A stretch of DNA of 64,000 nucleotides from an uncultured Acidobacteriota bacterium (GCA_963741955.1 CAVUKB010000005.1:1152001-1216000); one strand, 5' to 3'; positions 22,189 through 33,919 are shown, counted from the stretch's first letter. The notes: generated from the letters alone by a model not told the origin. Numbers and translations are program-made.

Positions 22189-24795
22189 ATGAGAATGGCT
22201 CCCTCATCTGAGTCGATCGCTTCGTTCGAAATTCTCGGCCTTCTCGGCGATGGAGGAATGGGCCGCGTCTACCGGGCGCGCGATCCGCGGCTCGGACGCG
22301 AAGTCGCGGTCAAACTTCTCCACGAGCGCTTCAGGAACGACGTCGAGCTCCTTCAGCGATTCGAGAGTGAAGCACGATCCGCTTCCGCCCTCTCCCATCC
22401 GAACATCGTCACGATTCACGAGATCGGTGACCTCGACGACGAGGGACCGTTCATCGTCATGGAGCTCGTGAAAGGACGTTCGCTCCGCGAGATCCTCCTC
22501 ACGAGCGAGATCGCTCCCAAAGAGGCGTTGAGAATCGCTGAAGCGATCGCGGACGGACTCGCCGCGGCGCACGAGAAAGGCATCGTCCATCGCGACCTCA
22601 AACCGGAAAATGTGATGATCACACCCGATGGACGAGTCAAGATCCTCGACTTCGGTCTGGCCAAACTCGCCGAATCGGGGTTCAGTGATCAGGACGAGAC
22701 GCTTTCCCGCTCACCGCACCATACGCTGCCGGGGTCTATCATCGGGACGCCGGCGTACATGTCTCCCGAACAGGCGAGCGGCGCGAGCGCCGATTACCGT
22801 TCCGACCAGTTCTCGCTTGGAGCGATCCTCTACGAGATGCTCGCGGGATGGCCCGCGTTCCGGAGAGCGACCGGCGTCGAGACGATGACCGCCATCATCC
22901 GTGAGGAGCCCGAACCGCTGCAGGAGGTGAATCCGTCACTCTCTGCGGACGTGGTTCGGATCGTGGAGCGGTGTCTCTCGAAGTCTCCACAGGAGCGCTA
23001 CGCCTCGACAGTCGATCTCCTGCACGACATCCGTTCGGTCTCCGCGCAGCTCTCGACCGCTCGCGTCACGCCGACCGGAACGCGTTGGATTCGACGCGTG
23101 CGGTCCCACAGGCGGGCCTGGCTGAAGTGGCTGCTCATTCTCCTGGTCGCCGGTTCGATGGCGGCGACGCTCGTGCTCGTCCGGCAGCGGAGCGCAACGC
23201 CGCAAGTGCAAATCCCCGCCGCGGAACCCGCGGTTCTGGCGGTCCTTCCCTTCTCCGATCTGACCGGTGATCCGGAGGGGAAGCGGCTCGCGGCCGGACT
23301 CTCGGAGCTGGTAGCGGGGCGACTCACGGCTCTCTCCGACATTCAGATCGTCTCTCCCGCGTCCGCCGCGAGAATTGCTGAAGACCGATCCCTCCCGTCG
23401 ATCGCGCACGAGCTTGGCGCCACCCGGATTCTCAAAGCCGCAGTCGCTCGATCGAACGAACGGATCCGTCTGACGTTCGCGGTCATCGATCCCTTCACCG
23501 GCATCCAGATCACCAGCGACTCCGTCGACGGCGACGTCAGTGACCTGTTCGGCCTGGAAGATTCCGTCTCCGAGTCGATCCTCCGTTCGATGAGGCTCGC
23601 CACCCGAGAAACGGCACCTCGGCACTCCACTTCGGGGCTCACCGCCCCACTCGCACAGGAACATTACCTGCAGGCGGTGGGCTCTCTGCAGCAGTACGAG
23701 AACGAAGCGTCCGTCGATCACGCAATCGCACTTCTCTCGGAGCTCCGAGGAGAGGCCGGGGATTCGGCGCTGCTGGATGCCGCCCTCGGCCGGGCGTTTC
23801 TTTACAAGTACAACCTGACCCACGACCGTTCTCTCGCATCGGCGGCGGAAGAATACTGCCGCCGTGCGGTTCGACTCGATCCTCACTTGATGGAAGCCCA
23901 CGTGACGGTCGGCGAGCTCTACACGACGCTCGGTCGCTTCAAGGAGGCGATTTGGTCATTCGAGCGCGCCCTGCAACTCCGTAAGGGATCACCCGAGGCG
24001 ATCCTCGGCCTTGCCGTGGCTCTCGACAAATCCGGGCAGGACGTTCGCGCCGAGGTCGCTTACCGCGAAGCCATTGCGGCACGTCCGAAGTACTGGGCGG
24101 GTTACAACAAGTTCGGCGCGTACTATTTCCACCGGAACCGCTACTCGGAGGCGAAGGAAATGTTTCGCCGGGCTACCGAGGCGAACCCGGAGAACTACCG
24201 CCCATACGCGAATCTCGGAGGGACGCAGTTCGCGATCGGCGAGTATGAAGAAGCAATTGGATCTCTGAAGCACTCCATCCAGCTGCATCCCAACGGACTC
24301 GCGTGGTCGAACCTCGGGACGGCTTACTTACTGGCTGAGCGCTATCCTGAAGCCGCGAACGCGTTCGAGAACGCGACTTCTCTGGAGGAAAAGCGGTCCT
24401 CCTTCTGGCGCTATCTCGGCGATTCGTACCGCTGGTCGGAACAGAAAGAGAAGGCTTCCGCAGCGTATGCCGAAGCGATCCGTCTCGCGCGCGAGGAGCT
24501 CCTGGTGAACAGGACCGACGCGAAGGCGCACGTCACGATCGGCGCCAGCCTGGCCAAGACGGGGCACCCCCTCGAAGCCGAGAGCGAGATGAAGCTCGCA
24601 CGACGGCTTCTGCCGAAAGACGGTCACGTCCTTTTCGTCTCCGGGATCGTCACCTCACTCGCGGGGGATCGCGACGAAGCAATTCACTATCTGCAGCAGG
24701 CTCTCGCGGCTGGATACGAGGCGCGGCTGATCCGGGACGAACCCGAACTGAAGAACGTCATCCGCGATCCGCGGCTGACGAAAGTGCTGGACTGA
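22189..24795 (+). CDS. Hanks-type Ser/Thr protein kinase with TM helix, TolB-N-like domain and TPR repeats
   Basis: [40 protein letters not shown]; LAVLPF; multiple TPR-like helices. Confidence 0.92.
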   Translation: MRMAPSSESIASFEILGLLGDGGMGRVYRARDPRLGREVAVKLLHERFRNDVELLQRFESEARSASALSHPNIVTIHEIGDLDDEGPFIVMELVKGRSLREILLTSEIAPKEALRIAEAIADGLAAAHEKGIVHRDLKPENVMITPDGRVKILDFGLAKLAESGFSDQDETLSRSPHHTLPGSIIGTPAYMSPEQASGASADYRSDQFSLGAILYEMLAGWPAFRRATGVETMTAIIREEPEPLQEVNPSLSADVVRIVERCLSKSPQERYASTVDLLHDIRSVSAQLSTARVTPTGTRWIRRVRSHRRAWLKWLLILLVAGSMAATLVLVRQRSATPQVQIPAAEPAVLAVLPFSDLTGDPEGKRLAAGLSELVAGRLTALSDIQIVSPASAARIAEDRSLPSIAHELGATRILKAAVARSNERIRLTFAVIDPFTGIQITSDSVDGDVSDLFGLEDSVSESILRSMRLATRETAPRHSTSGLTAPLAQEHYLQAVGSLQQYENEASVDHAIALLSELRGEAGDSALLDAALGRAFLYKYNLTHDRSLASAAEEYCRRAVRLDPHLMEAHVTVGELYTTLGRFKEAIWSFERALQLRKGSPEAILGLAVALDKSGQDVRAEVAYREAIAARPKYWAGYNKFGAYYFHRNRYSEAKEMFRRATEANPENYRPYANLGGTQFAIGEYEEAIGSLKHSIQLHPNGLAWSNLGTAYLLAERYPEAANAFENATSLEEKRSSFWRYLGDSYRWSEQKEKASAAYAEAIRLAREELLVNRTDAKAHVTIGASLAKTGHPLEAESEMKLARRLLPKDGHVLFVSGIVTSLAGDRDEAIHYLQQALAAGYEARLIRDEPELKNVIRDPRLTKVLD

Positions 24796-24831
24796 CCCCG
24801 CCCGGTCGAGACGAGGAAAGGAGAAGCCGAA

Positions 24832-25206
24832 ATGACAGCCGCTGTTGAACCGGCATCGCTGACCAGGGTCACCTCGACGCAAAGCTTCGCTCCGGAAGTG
24901 GTGATTTTCATCGACGGTCTGGGGAAAAAGATCACCGTCCATCCCGAGCACGCCGTCCTCAACCATCCCGAACAACGGATCCATTTCTGCTCGAACGTCA
25001 AAGATTTCAAGATCGAATTCCGAAGGAGGAGCAAGGCGGGATCCGGAACGCACCAGCTGATCGGCCAGAACTTCATCGGACACGACTATCACTGCACACT
25101 CGGCCTGACCAACAATCCCGTTTCCGGGGATCAGGGACCGTTCAAGTTCTGGGTCATCGTCGGACAGAAGGTTCTCGATCCACCCGATATCGAAGTCGAC
25201 TACTGA
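24832..25206 (+). CDS. Hypothetical protein
   Basis: 124-aa ORF after SD aaggag, directly behind the kinase. Confidence 0.65.
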   Translation: MTAAVEPASLTRVTSTQSFAPEVVIFIDGLGKKITVHPEHAVLNHPEQRIHFCSNVKDFKIEFRRRSKAGSGTHQLIGQNFIGHDYHCTLGLTNNPVSGDQGPFKFWVIVGQKVLDPPDIEVDY

Positions 25207-25425
25207 TTCGACACGAACATCCGCTCTCGCGAGGAGACGACCTCCTTCCGGACTGGTGGTCGTCTCCACGCCGCCTTCGCCGCCGGTTCGATGCGTCGAA
25301 TGAAGAGATCAGCACGAACATCGCGCTCCTCTCCCTGTTCGTTCGCAGAAAGATCCCTTGACCCGACTCCGAAAGGCATGAAACTGATTCGACCAATCGC
25401 GCACAGGAATATTGGAGGGCATCTC

Positions 25426-28400
25426 ATGCGAACGCTGATTCTGTTGCTCGGCGTCTCTCTTGCTGCGCTTGCTGCAGACGGAAGCTCCTTTCCACCGCGC
25501 CAGGGACCGGTGAACCGACCGGAACTGGTGCCGTACGCCTGCACCTCGATCGAGATTCCGAATTTTCAGATCTCCCAGATCGGCGAGACGCAGTTCCGTC
25601 TGACCTGGAACGCACCGGCGAACGTCCCCGAGCCACAGTATGACGTCCTGGCGAACGTCCGTCCCGGCTCGTGCCAGAGCGACGATCAGCATCTCGTTCT
25701 CGGCACCACCAGCCAGACCACCCTCGACGTCACCCTCCCCGTGGCGGAGCGCGAGTATGCCCTCTACGTCGTCGAGCACAGTTGCGCACAGATCTCGACG
25801 GCCTTCGCGTGGATCGTCGATTCATTCACCGATACCCCTGCCGCTCCGACCCTCACGCTCGGCGCGATCGGAACCAACTCGGTCTCGTTCACCTACGTGC
25901 AACCGGCCCCGGATCATGGAGCGCTGCTGCTGCAGCGATCGACGGACGGCAACAAGTGGGGCAACATCACTTTTCTCGACTACTGCCCGGCGGGCTCTTC
26001 ACACAGCGTCACCGACAATGCTGTTCCCAAGGGCACCTACCACTACCGTCTCGTCGCGTTCAACAACACCAGTTACACCTTCTCGAAAGAGGTGCTGGCC
26101 TCCGTCGGCACGACCGTTCCTCCACCTTCCATCGACTCTTTCGCCGCTTTACCCGCCCAGATTCGCGCCGGTGATACAGCCCGGCTGGTGTGGTCGGCCC
26201 GCAACGCAACCTCGATCTCCATCGACCCGGAGGTCGGCATGCACGACCCGAGCGGATCGGTCAACGTCGCGCCCACCGGCTCGACCACGTACAAGCTCAC
26301 CGCCGTCGGATCGGGAGGAACGGCCACCGCCACGACCACGCTCGACGTTCTCACCGCGCCGGAGGTCCGCATCACCGGCTTTCCGGAGACCATGGTGCAG
26401 GGAACCAGCGGAGCCGGGGCCACTACCTCCTTCACTGTGACCAACATCGGAGGCTCGTCCACCACGGTGAACATGAGCACGGCGGGTGGGTTCTTCAACA
26501 TCTCGCCGGCGCGGCTCGACCTCACGCCGGGCAAGAGTGCCGGCGTTTCCGTGACTTCGAACTCGTCGCTCGCGTCGGGCCGCTACGGCGGAACGATCTC
26601 CTTCACCGGCGCGGGCGTCCCCGCGGGCCTTCAGGTTCCGGTCCTCTGTCTCGCAACACCGACACCGAATGGCACGACCAGTGCGGTCGCGGACCAGAAA
26701 CGAGTCGATCTCGCCGGTCCGAGCGGAAGCGCGCCTTCGGGGAGCGTCTCGTTTCAGAATACCGGCACCGCGACGATGTTCGCCCTCGCCTCTTCCGACG
26801 TCCCGTGGATCGAGCCCGACACTTCGCTCATCGAGATCGCGCCGGGCGTCTCTTCACCCGTGTCGTTCCGGATCAACCGTTCGCTCCGCCCCGATGCCAA
26901 CGCTCCTTCAGGGACGGTGACGGGCAATCTGTCCCTCGTGTTCCGGGCGGGGGCATCCGGAAAACTGGCTGCCGATGACGGCGCCACGTCTCTCGGCAGA
27001 ACCTCGCTGGTGACGGTGACCGATACGTCGCGGCCGGCCACCAGCTCGTCGACCATCCCTCCGCTCGCCGCAGGCGAGCTCGCGCAGTTCGTCGCCGGAG
27101 TGGGGCACCTGGTCGGAAGCACCGGTCAGTTCATCTCCGATGTCGCGTTGACCAATCTCGCCTCGTCGAACGATCTCTCCGGTCTCTCGTTCTACTACTC
27201 CACTCTCGGCAGTCCGAGCTCCACGCCGAGTCTTCTCGCGCAGCTGCAGAAGATCGGCGCTAATACCCCGGTCCAGTTTTCCGATATCGTGAGTACCGTC
27301 TTCAACCGTACTTCCGAGAGCGGCTCGCTCCTGATCCGCGGGAGCCAGGCGAACAATCTCACTCCCAGCGCCACCATCCTGAACGTCAGCGACGCACGCG
27401 GAACGTACGGCACCGCGATTCCGATACTCCGCTCCGACCGGAGCGCCGGTCCCGGCGAGTCACTGATGCTATCGGGGCTTCGGAAGACGGCCGACGGCCA
27501 CACGAACTTCTTCATTCAGGAGACCAACGGAGGAAACGTCACCGTCACCACATCGTGGCTCGATGCGAACGGATCGGTCCTCGCCTCCCTCACCGAAACC
27601 ATTCCTCCGTTCGGGCTGCTCAGAATCCTCGACAGCGATCAGATTCCGACCAGCATGGTCTCGGCCAGAATCTCCTCCTCCCCCACCTCGACCGGACGGT
27701 TCGCCGCGTACGCCACTCCGCTGGACCGGCTGAGCCGCGACTTCTGGGCGGTCACCGACTGGAATCGGCAGAATGCGATGTCCGGCTCCGATCCGATGCT
27801 GGTGCCCGTCGCCGGAACCGTTCACGGAGCCAACAACGCGTTCTTCCGCACCGACCTGTCGGTCATGAACAGCGGCGACTCCAACGGCGTCGCGAACGTC
27901 CTCTATCACTACACCGACATCAACACCGGAGCGACCGCAGAGAAAGCCGCTTCCGTATCGCTCGGAACGCTCCAAAGCCGGACCTTCGGAGACGTCGCCG
28001 GATCGCTTTTCAACCTCACCACGAACACTCTCGGGTACATCATCTTCACGCCGCAGTCGGGGAAGTTCGTCGTCACGAGCCGCACCTACAGCACGGTGTC
28101 CGGCCAGCCCGGGACCTTCGGCACCGGCGTCACCACTCTTCCGCTCTCGGCGAGCCTCCGCCTCGGTCAGACCCGGACCATCGGAGGCGTGAAGGACTCG
28201 AGCCTCGTCTCGATTCAGACTGCAAAAGGCGGCACGTTCCGCACGAACTTCGGCATGATCGAGACCGCCGGCGCTACGGCGGTGGTGCGCGTGACGGTCT
28301 ACTTCTCTTACCAGAGCACCGGCCGCGCGGTGCAGGTCGGGCGCGACTCCGCATGGAAGGAGTACACCCTCGCCCCACATCAGTCGATGCAGATCTCAAG

Positions 28401-28560
28401 AATCACGAACGAAATTCTCGGCGATGAAAGGCGGAGCCAGCTCGGAGATCTCGACAATCTCGAGGTCGAGTTTTCCGTCGTCGGCGGTGATGGCGCAGTC
28501 GCGACCTATCTCTCCTCCGTCGACAACGGCACGAGCGACTCGATCCTGCGGACGGAGTGA
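25426..28560 (+). CDS. Large secreted protein with Fn3/Ig-like and BACON-like domains
   Basis: SD ggagg, signal peptide, LTWNAP and YHYRLVAFN (Fn3), SDVPWIEP (BACON-like), VAGTVHGANNAFFRTDL. Confidence 0.85.
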   Translation: MRTLILLLGVSLAALAADGSSFPPRQGPVNRPELVPYACTSIEIPNFQISQIGETQFRLTWNAPANVPEPQYDVLANVRPGSCQSDDQHLVLGTTSQTTLDVTLPVAEREYALYVVEHSCAQISTAFAWIVDSFTDTPAAPTLTLGAIGTNSVSFTYVQPAPDHGALLLQRSTDGNKWGNITFLDYCPAGSSHSVTDNAVPKGTYHYRLVAFNNTSYTFSKEVLASVGTTVPPPSIDSFAALPAQIRAGDTARLVWSARNATSISIDPEVGMHDPSGSVNVAPTGSTTYKLTAVGSGGTATATTTLDVLTAPEVRITGFPETMVQGTSGAGATTSFTVTNIGGSSTTVNMSTAGGFFNISPARLDLTPGKSAGVSVTSNSSLASGRYGGTISFTGAGVPAGLQVPVLCLATPTPNGTTSAVADQKRVDLAGPSGSAPSGSVSFQNTGTATMFALASSDVPWIEPDTSLIEIAPGVSSPVSFRINRSLRPDANAPSGTVTGNLSLVFRAGASGKLAADDGATSLGRTSLVTVTDTSRPATSSSTIPPLAAGELAQFVAGVGHLVGSTGQFISDVALTNLASSNDLSGLSFYYSTLGSPSSTPSLLAQLQKIGANTPVQFSDIVSTVFNRTSESGSLLIRGSQANNLTPSATILNVSDARGTYGTAIPILRSDRSAGPGESLMLSGLRKTADGHTNFFIQETNGGNVTVTTSWLDANGSVLASLTETIPPFGLLRILDSDQIPTSMVSARISSSPTSTGRFAAYATPLDRLSRDFWAVTDWNRQNAMSGSDPMLVPVAGTVHGANNAFFRTDLSVMNSGDSNGVANVLYHYTDINTGATAEKAASVSLGTLQSRTFGDVAGSLFNLTTNTLGYIIFTPQSGKFVVTSRTYSTVSGQPGTFGTGVTTLPLSASLRLGQTRTIGGVKDSSLVSIQTAKGGTFRTNFGMIETAGATAVVRVTVYFSYQSTGRAVQVGRDSAWKEYTLAPHQSMQISRITNEILGDERRSQLGDLDNLEVEFSVVGGDGAVATYLSSVDNGTSDSILRTE

Positions 28561-28638
28561 GGCTCGGGGCTCGAGAGGTCGATCCCGAGCGAGGCGAGAC
28601 CCGAGCGCGTCGCGGAAAGAGCTTACTCTCCGCCCAGG

Positions 28639-28860
28639 ATGAAGGTCTATCTCGACGTGTGCCGTCTCAATCGACCGTTCGATGATCAGACGCAGCAGCG
28701 GGTCCATCTCGAAGCCGAAACCGTACTGATGATCATGGAACGATTCGAACGCGGTGAACTCGAATGGATCAGCGGCGACGTCGTTCAGATCGAGATCGAT
28801 CAGATCTCAGACCCCGAACGTCGACGGCGCGTTGGGACCCATGTTGCCATGACTCACGTT
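28639..28860 (+). pseudogene. Truncated PIN-domain (VapC-like) protein
   Basis: MKVYLDVCRLNRPFDDQTQQRVHLEAE N-terminus; the frame then runs into the antisense of the low-GC PTS gene. Confidence 0.7.
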
Positions 28861-28869
28861 CGACCCGGT

Positions 28870-29682
28870 TCAAGAGGCTTGTTTTTTGCCCGACGAATTG
28901 CCCTGGACAATTTTGATCGCAAGGCAGTCATACGTGATTCGCCCCTCCTGATAATTAACGGTACCTCGTCGTAAAAGACGCCATTCCCCATCCTGGAACA
29001 TGCCATCACTTTCTATCCGCTCGACCACATCATCCGAGGCGTCGAGCCGTTTCACCAGCTCGGCGTTTTGCGCCAGGACAACATGGGGGAGACCGGCACC
29101 GACCACCAGAATGACCGGTTCAACGATCAGATTAGAAAGGTCTCGAAAAGAAAAGGCGTCCAGTGTCTCCCTGGATTGCAACCGGATCACTTTGGCCCGG
29201 GCATCCGGTCCAATTGCGTCCTTGGTCGTTTCGATCAGGTCGAGCAGGTAGTAGCGCACATCGTCCAGGTTCTTCGCCTTGTGCAACTTCTCGAGATCCG
29301 GATGGGTTTCAAGGGCCTTGGCCAACATGGACACCTCGCGCAGGTAATGATTGCGCTGGTTATCCGGAACCATGTACATGACGACCAGCGCCACTGGCAT
29401 GCCGTCCGGCGCGCCATAATCGATTCCCGTCGGACTCCAGCCAATCACGCACATGAGATCCTCTTCATAGGACACTCGTGCATGGGGGCAGGCCCACCCT
29501 TTGCCGATGCCGGTATTTATCGCCTGCTCTCTTTTCGTCACCAGGCCGACCACATCGGTTCCGGCCGTGGTTTCGGGAAAGGCCTCGATGATGTGTGCGA
29601 GAAATTGCAGGGAGTGAGCCTTGTCGCTTTCGGGCAGTTCGAACAATCTGCCTTCCTGTAGAGCATCCAAAATGGAATCCAT
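28870..29682 (-). CDS. PTS EIIA type-2 (Ntr/Fru-like) domain protein with C-terminal extension
   Basis: REQAINTGIGKGWACPHAR (phospho-His motif), GIDYGAPDGMPV. Confidence 0.85.
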   Translation of the reverse strand: MDSILDALQEGRLFELPESDKAHSLQFLAHIIEAFPETTAGTDVVGLVTKREQAINTGIGKGWACPHARVSYEEDLMCVIGWSPTGIDYGAPDGMPVALVVMYMVPDNQRNHYLREVSMLAKALETHPDLEKLHKAKNLDDVRYYLLDLIETTKDAIGPDARAKVIRLQSRETLDAFSFRDLSNLIVEPVILVVGAGLPHVVLAQNAELVKRLDASDDVVERIESDGMFQDGEWRLLRRGTVNYQEGRITYDCLAIKIVQGNSSGKKQAS

Positions 29683-29684
29683 AA

Positions 29685-32288
29685 TCAATTATCTCCATAG
29701 CGTTTGAAGAACCAGGTCTTTACCAGATGGGTCAACACTGCGTATGTCGTCAGGAAAGCGCCAATCCAGGCCCAATACATCGCAGGTAGGGGAACCATCC
29801 CCAAATCAGCCGCGAAGGCCGAATACGGCAGCCCGGCTCCGACGGCCATGATGCCGAGGGTGGTCATCGTCATGTACAGCGATGCCTGACTGCCAAAGAA
29901 CGGTAGTCTTTTCGTCCGGATGATGTGCACGATCAACGTCTGGGTCAGGAGCGATTCAACAAACCAGCCAGTTTGAAAGAGCTGGGCCAACGATTCCTTC
30001 TGCACGGCGCTGGTTGCGGGATGGAGAAAGTCGCTGCAATGAAAGAAGAACCACATCAGCGCGAAGGTCGCGTAATCAAAAATGGAGCTGATCGGTCCGA
30101 TACAGACCATGAAGCGCTTGATATTGCCGATATTCCATTTGAGCGGTCTTTCAATGAGTTCCGCATCAACGTTATCCGTGGGGATGCCGGTCTGCGAGAA
30201 ATCGTACAAAAGGTTGTTGGTGAGGATCTGCACCGGCAGCATCGGCAGGAACGGCAGAAGGTAACTGGCTCCAACCACGCTCAACATGTTCCCGAAGTTG
30301 GAGCTGGCGCCCATGCGGATGTACTTGACGATGTTGGCGAAGACCTTGCGGCCTTCCATAATGCCTTCTTCCAGGACCATGAGGTTCTTTTCCAGCAGGA
30401 CGATGTCAGCAGCCTCCTTGGCGACATCCACTGCGGAATCCACCGAGATGCCGACATCGGCTGCTTTCAACGCTGGCGCGTCATTGATGCCGTCACCCAT
30501 GAATCCGACCACGTGTCCCCGATGGCGCAGTTCCTTGACGATCTGCTCCTTTTGCGCGGGAGACAGCTTGACGAAGACATTACTGTCTTGAACCGCTGCA
30601 GAAAAGTCGTCCGGCGAAAGCCGCGCAAGGTCCGCGCCAGTAACGAGCCGCTCCACGGCTAGCTCCACATCCCGGCAGACCTTTTCAGTCACCAGACCAT
30701 TGTCGCCGGTCAGGACCTTCACCATGACGCCCGCTTTCGCCATGAGCTCAATCGCCTCCGTTGCGGAGGCTTTGGGGGGATCATAAAAGGCGATGTAGCC
30801 GAGCAGAATCAGTTGCTTTTCATCGTCAACCGTGAACTCAGTCCTGGTTCGAGGGAACTCCCGATAGGCAATACCGAGGACGCGGAATCCATCGCGATTG
30901 AGTTTCTCAACCTCTTCGAACAGGTCGAAGCGGATCATTTCGATCAGCGGATAGACCTCTTCGTCGATCTGGTAATGGGTACAGCATTCGAAAATTTCTT
31001 CCGCCGCGCCTTTGCAGATCAGGACATGATCCTCTTCATAATCAACCACCACGGACATGCGGCGGCGCTGAAAATCAAAAGGTAGTTCGTCGACGAGACG
31101 ACAGTCCTTCTCGACATTCAAATCGGCATGCTCGAGCACAGCCCGGTCGATCAGGTTGCGCAGGCCGGTTTGAAAGTAGCTGTTGAGATAGGCGTACCCG
31201 AGGACTTCTTCACTGCTGTTGCCAATGGTGTCGACATGACGCTCCATGACGACCCGGTCCTGGGTCAGGGTTCCGGTCTTGTCCGTGCACAAGATATCGA
31301 TGGCTCCGAAGTTCTGGATCGACGGCAGTCTTTTGACGATCACCTTCTTTTTCGCCATGGTCAGCGCACCCTTGGCCAGGTTGACCGTGACGATCATCGG
31401 CAACATTTCCGGGGTGAGACCGACTGCGATGGAGAGGCCGAACAGGAGTGCTTCTATCCAGTCCCCCTTGGTCAATCCGACGATGAAGAAGACCGCAAGC
31501 ACCATCACCACCATGAAGCGGATCATCAGCATAGTGAAGGAACGCACGCCGGTGTCGAAACTGGTCTCCTCCCGCTTTTCGTTCAACCGCACCGAAATCG
31601 CGCCGAACAGGGTGCGGGTGCCGGTATTCACGACAACAGCGCGGGCGGTACCGCTGGTCACGGATGTCCCGAGGAAGCAGGCGTTCGGCAACTCCATGGC
31701 CGATGAGACGGATGCGTCAGCACTGGCACCCGTCTTTTCCACCGGCATCGATTCCCCGGTAAGGGCGGACTCGCTGACAAAGAAATCCTTCGCGGTAATC
31801 AGCCGCAGGTCGGCCGGCACAATCGATCCCGCCTGCAGAAGCACGATGTCGCCCGGAACGATTTCCGAGATCCTGACCTCGATGGTTTCTCTATCCCTTA
31901 CGACAAAGGCACGTGACTCGACACGCTTGCCGAGCGATTCGACGGTCCTGCTGGAACGGCGGTCAAGAATGTAGGACAACCCGACGCTCAGTACGACCAT
32001 GGCAGAGACGATCACGGTCGACTTCAACTCACCGATGACGCCGGAGACAATGGCGATGAGCAGGAGCTGAATAACGAGAGGATTTTTCAGGCGATGCCCC
32101 ATATCGGCCAGGAACCCCAGCCGCTTGAGATGGGGCAACTCGTTCGGACCGTATTCGTCCAACCGACGATCCGCATCTTTGGCCTGGAGCCCTTCAATGT
32201 TGGTCTTGAGCTTGCTCAACGCCTCCTGAACAGGGATGGCGCAAAGCTCGACCAATTGTCTTTCATGACCGCTCACGGCCTGGGTCAT
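29685..32288 (-). CDS. mgtA: Magnesium-translocating P-type ATPase
   Basis: LTGES, VGLTPEMLP, DKTGTLT, TGLRNLID, GDGINDAPALK, ASSNFGN, QTGWFVESLLTQ. Confidence 0.95.
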   Translation of the reverse strand: MTQAVSGHERQLVELCAIPVQEALSKLKTNIEGLQAKDADRRLDEYGPNELPHLKRLGFLADMGHRLKNPLVIQLLLIAIVSGVIGELKSTVIVSAMVVLSVGLSYILDRRSSRTVESLGKRVESRAFVVRDRETIEVRISEIVPGDIVLLQAGSIVPADLRLITAKDFFVSESALTGESMPVEKTGASADASVSSAMELPNACFLGTSVTSGTARAVVVNTGTRTLFGAISVRLNEKREETSFDTGVRSFTMLMIRFMVVMVLAVFFIVGLTKGDWIEALLFGLSIAVGLTPEMLPMIVTVNLAKGALTMAKKKVIVKRLPSIQNFGAIDILCTDKTGTLTQDRVVMERHVDTIGNSSEEVLGYAYLNSYFQTGLRNLIDRAVLEHADLNVEKDCRLVDELPFDFQRRRMSVVVDYEEDHVLICKGAAEEIFECCTHYQIDEEVYPLIEMIRFDLFEEVEKLNRDGFRVLGIAYREFPRTRTEFTVDDEKQLILLGYIAFYDPPKASATEAIELMAKAGVMVKVLTGDNGLVTEKVCRDVELAVERLVTGADLARLSPDDFSAAVQDSNVFVKLSPAQKEQIVKELRHRGHVVGFMGDGINDAPALKAADVGISVDSAVDVAKEAADIVLLEKNLMVLEEGIMEGRKVFANIVKYIRMGASSNFGNMLSVVGASYLLPFLPMLPVQILTNNLLYDFSQTGIPTDNVDAELIERPLKWNIGNIKRFMVCIGPISSIFDYATFALMWFFFHCSDFLHPATSAVQKESLAQLFQTGWFVESLLTQTLIVHIIRTKRLPFFGSQASLYMTMTTLGIMAVGAGLPYSAFAADLGMVPLPAMYWAWIGAFLTTYAVLTHLVKTWFFKRYGDN

Positions 32289-32330
32289 GGGGATTGGGCT
32301 GTCGGAGCTCTTCGAGAAGAGGGGGAATAG

Positions 32331-33914
32331 GGATCTCCTAACAGGTGTGTAGCAGAGTTCATAGGCCGAGAGGATGGAATGCGATTGCTGACGTACAGAG
32401 GAACGCCATTGCGATCAGAGCTTCCGCGGTGTGAAAGCCGAAAGCGCGGTGACTGAGCATTCGGATCTTGTTGTTGCAGCCTTCAGCAACTGCATTCGTG
32501 AGTCGATACTCGAAGTAACGGCGGATGCCAGGCCATTTCGCCGCGACGGTTCGCGCGAAGCGAACGAGGGGTTGAATGCGGCTATGAACCGCGGACTGAT
32601 ACCAGCGCTTGAACCGTCGATCAGCTTGGCGGACGGACGAGGAGTCATAGATGTCCTGAAAGGATTCCTTGACCAGGTAACTGCGAAAGAGGGTGTGATT
32701 CATCCGCGCGAGCTCCGAGAGTTTCGCCTCCTCGGCATCACGCAGGTTCCAGGGGTTCTTCAGGAGGACGAACCGAGTGGATTTGAGAGCGGAGCGCTCC
32801 TCGCCGGTGGCCTTTCGCATCTCGTCCCGCCTCACCTGATCGATCGCATTCCCGAGGAGTTGGACCACGTGGAACCGATCGAAAACGACTTCGGCGTTCG
32901 GCAGTCGGTCGCGAACAGCTTTCTCGAAGGCCGCGCTCATGTCGATGCTCACCAGACGGATTCGCGCGCAGCGCTCGGGGCCGAGCAGATCGAACAGCCC
33001 GTCGAGAACCTCTGCACTTTTACCCTTCGCCGCCCAGATCATCTGCCCGGTCTCGTGGTTCGTGACCACGGTCATGAACTTCTTCGGCCGCCCCCAGCAG
33101 ATCTCGTCGATGCCGATCCGGGTCAGATTCTCGAGCGCGTTCGGGTCGCGTTTTTCGGCAACCACTCGAGCGGCGATCCGTCCGGCCGTGAGCCAGCTGA
33201 CCTTGAAGTACGCCGAGACCGCGGTTTGATTGGATCGCTGCAGAAACCAGGCAAGCTCGTCTTCGAACGCGCGGGTGAACATCGAACCAGGCCGTGCCCA
33301 CGGAACCGCGGCCGTTCGCACCCCGCAGCGGCGGCAACGCACCCGCGGCAGATCCGCCCGCAGCATCACCCGGCATCCCCAGAGGCCGAGATGACGCCAT
33401 TCGCGATGCTTCATCACCGTTCCGTGAAGCTCGGGAGCAACCCGTCCGCACCCTCCGCACCGCGGACGTCTCCACGTTGGACTCACGTCGAGATAGAGAC
33501 TCCGAGCTTCGAACCGAACCCCGCGAACCGTTACGTTTGCCATGTTGAGCAACTTCCGGAACAATGTCGTCAGGCGCACCGTGCCTGTCCTCCCCGTGTC
33601 TTGGTTTCATCGACTACAGACTACGGGAAATGGGCAGCACGGTTCGCCGATTCCAACCTGCTATCGCTGCTTCGATCTTCACCTCTCCACGAGCAGCGAC
33701 TTTCGGGGCTCCTTCAGATCCTTCCGCGACGGCGGGGCAAGTTGTGGGAACGGCGGAAAACGCGGCGGCCGGGTGGCGGCGTTTTCCGCGGTTTCCACAA
33801 CTTCGCTTTCCGAACGCTTCGGCGAACACCGACTTGCTCCTCGAAAACAGCCGCGTCGCCGTTCCTGCATGCCTCCGACAATCATTCCGCACCTACACAC
33901 CTGTTAGGAGAACC
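32331..33914 (-). mobile_element. ISL3-family insertion sequence
   Basis: 22-bp TIRs GGATCTCCTAACAGGTGTGTAG (32331-32352) and CTACACACCTGTTAGGAGAACC (33893-33914) around a transposase. Confidence 0.92.
32359..33579 (-). CDS. ISL3 family transposase
   Basis: Zn finger CGGC...CRRC, IGIDE, SIDMS, VFDRFHV, TNAVAEGCNNKI, AFGF. Confidence 0.93.
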   Translation of the reverse strand: MRLTTLFRKLLNMANVTVRGVRFEARSLYLDVSPTWRRPRCGGCGRVAPELHGTVMKHREWRHLGLWGCRVMLRADLPRVRCRRCGVRTAAVPWARPGSMFTRAFEDELAWFLQRSNQTAVSAYFKVSWLTAGRIAARVVAEKRDPNALENLTRIGIDEICWGRPKKFMTVVTNHETGQMIWAAKGKSAEVLDGLFDLLGPERCARIRLVSIDMSAAFEKAVRDRLPNAEVVFDRFHVVQLLGNAIDQVRRDEMRKATGEERSALKSTRFVLLKNPWNLRDAEEAKLSELARMNHTLFRSYLVKESFQDIYDSSSVRQADRRFKRWYQSAVHSRIQPLVRFARTVAAKWPGIRRYFEYRLTNAVAEGCNNKIRMLSHRAFGFHTAEALIAMAFLCTSAIAFHPLGL

Positions 33915-33919
33915 AAAAG

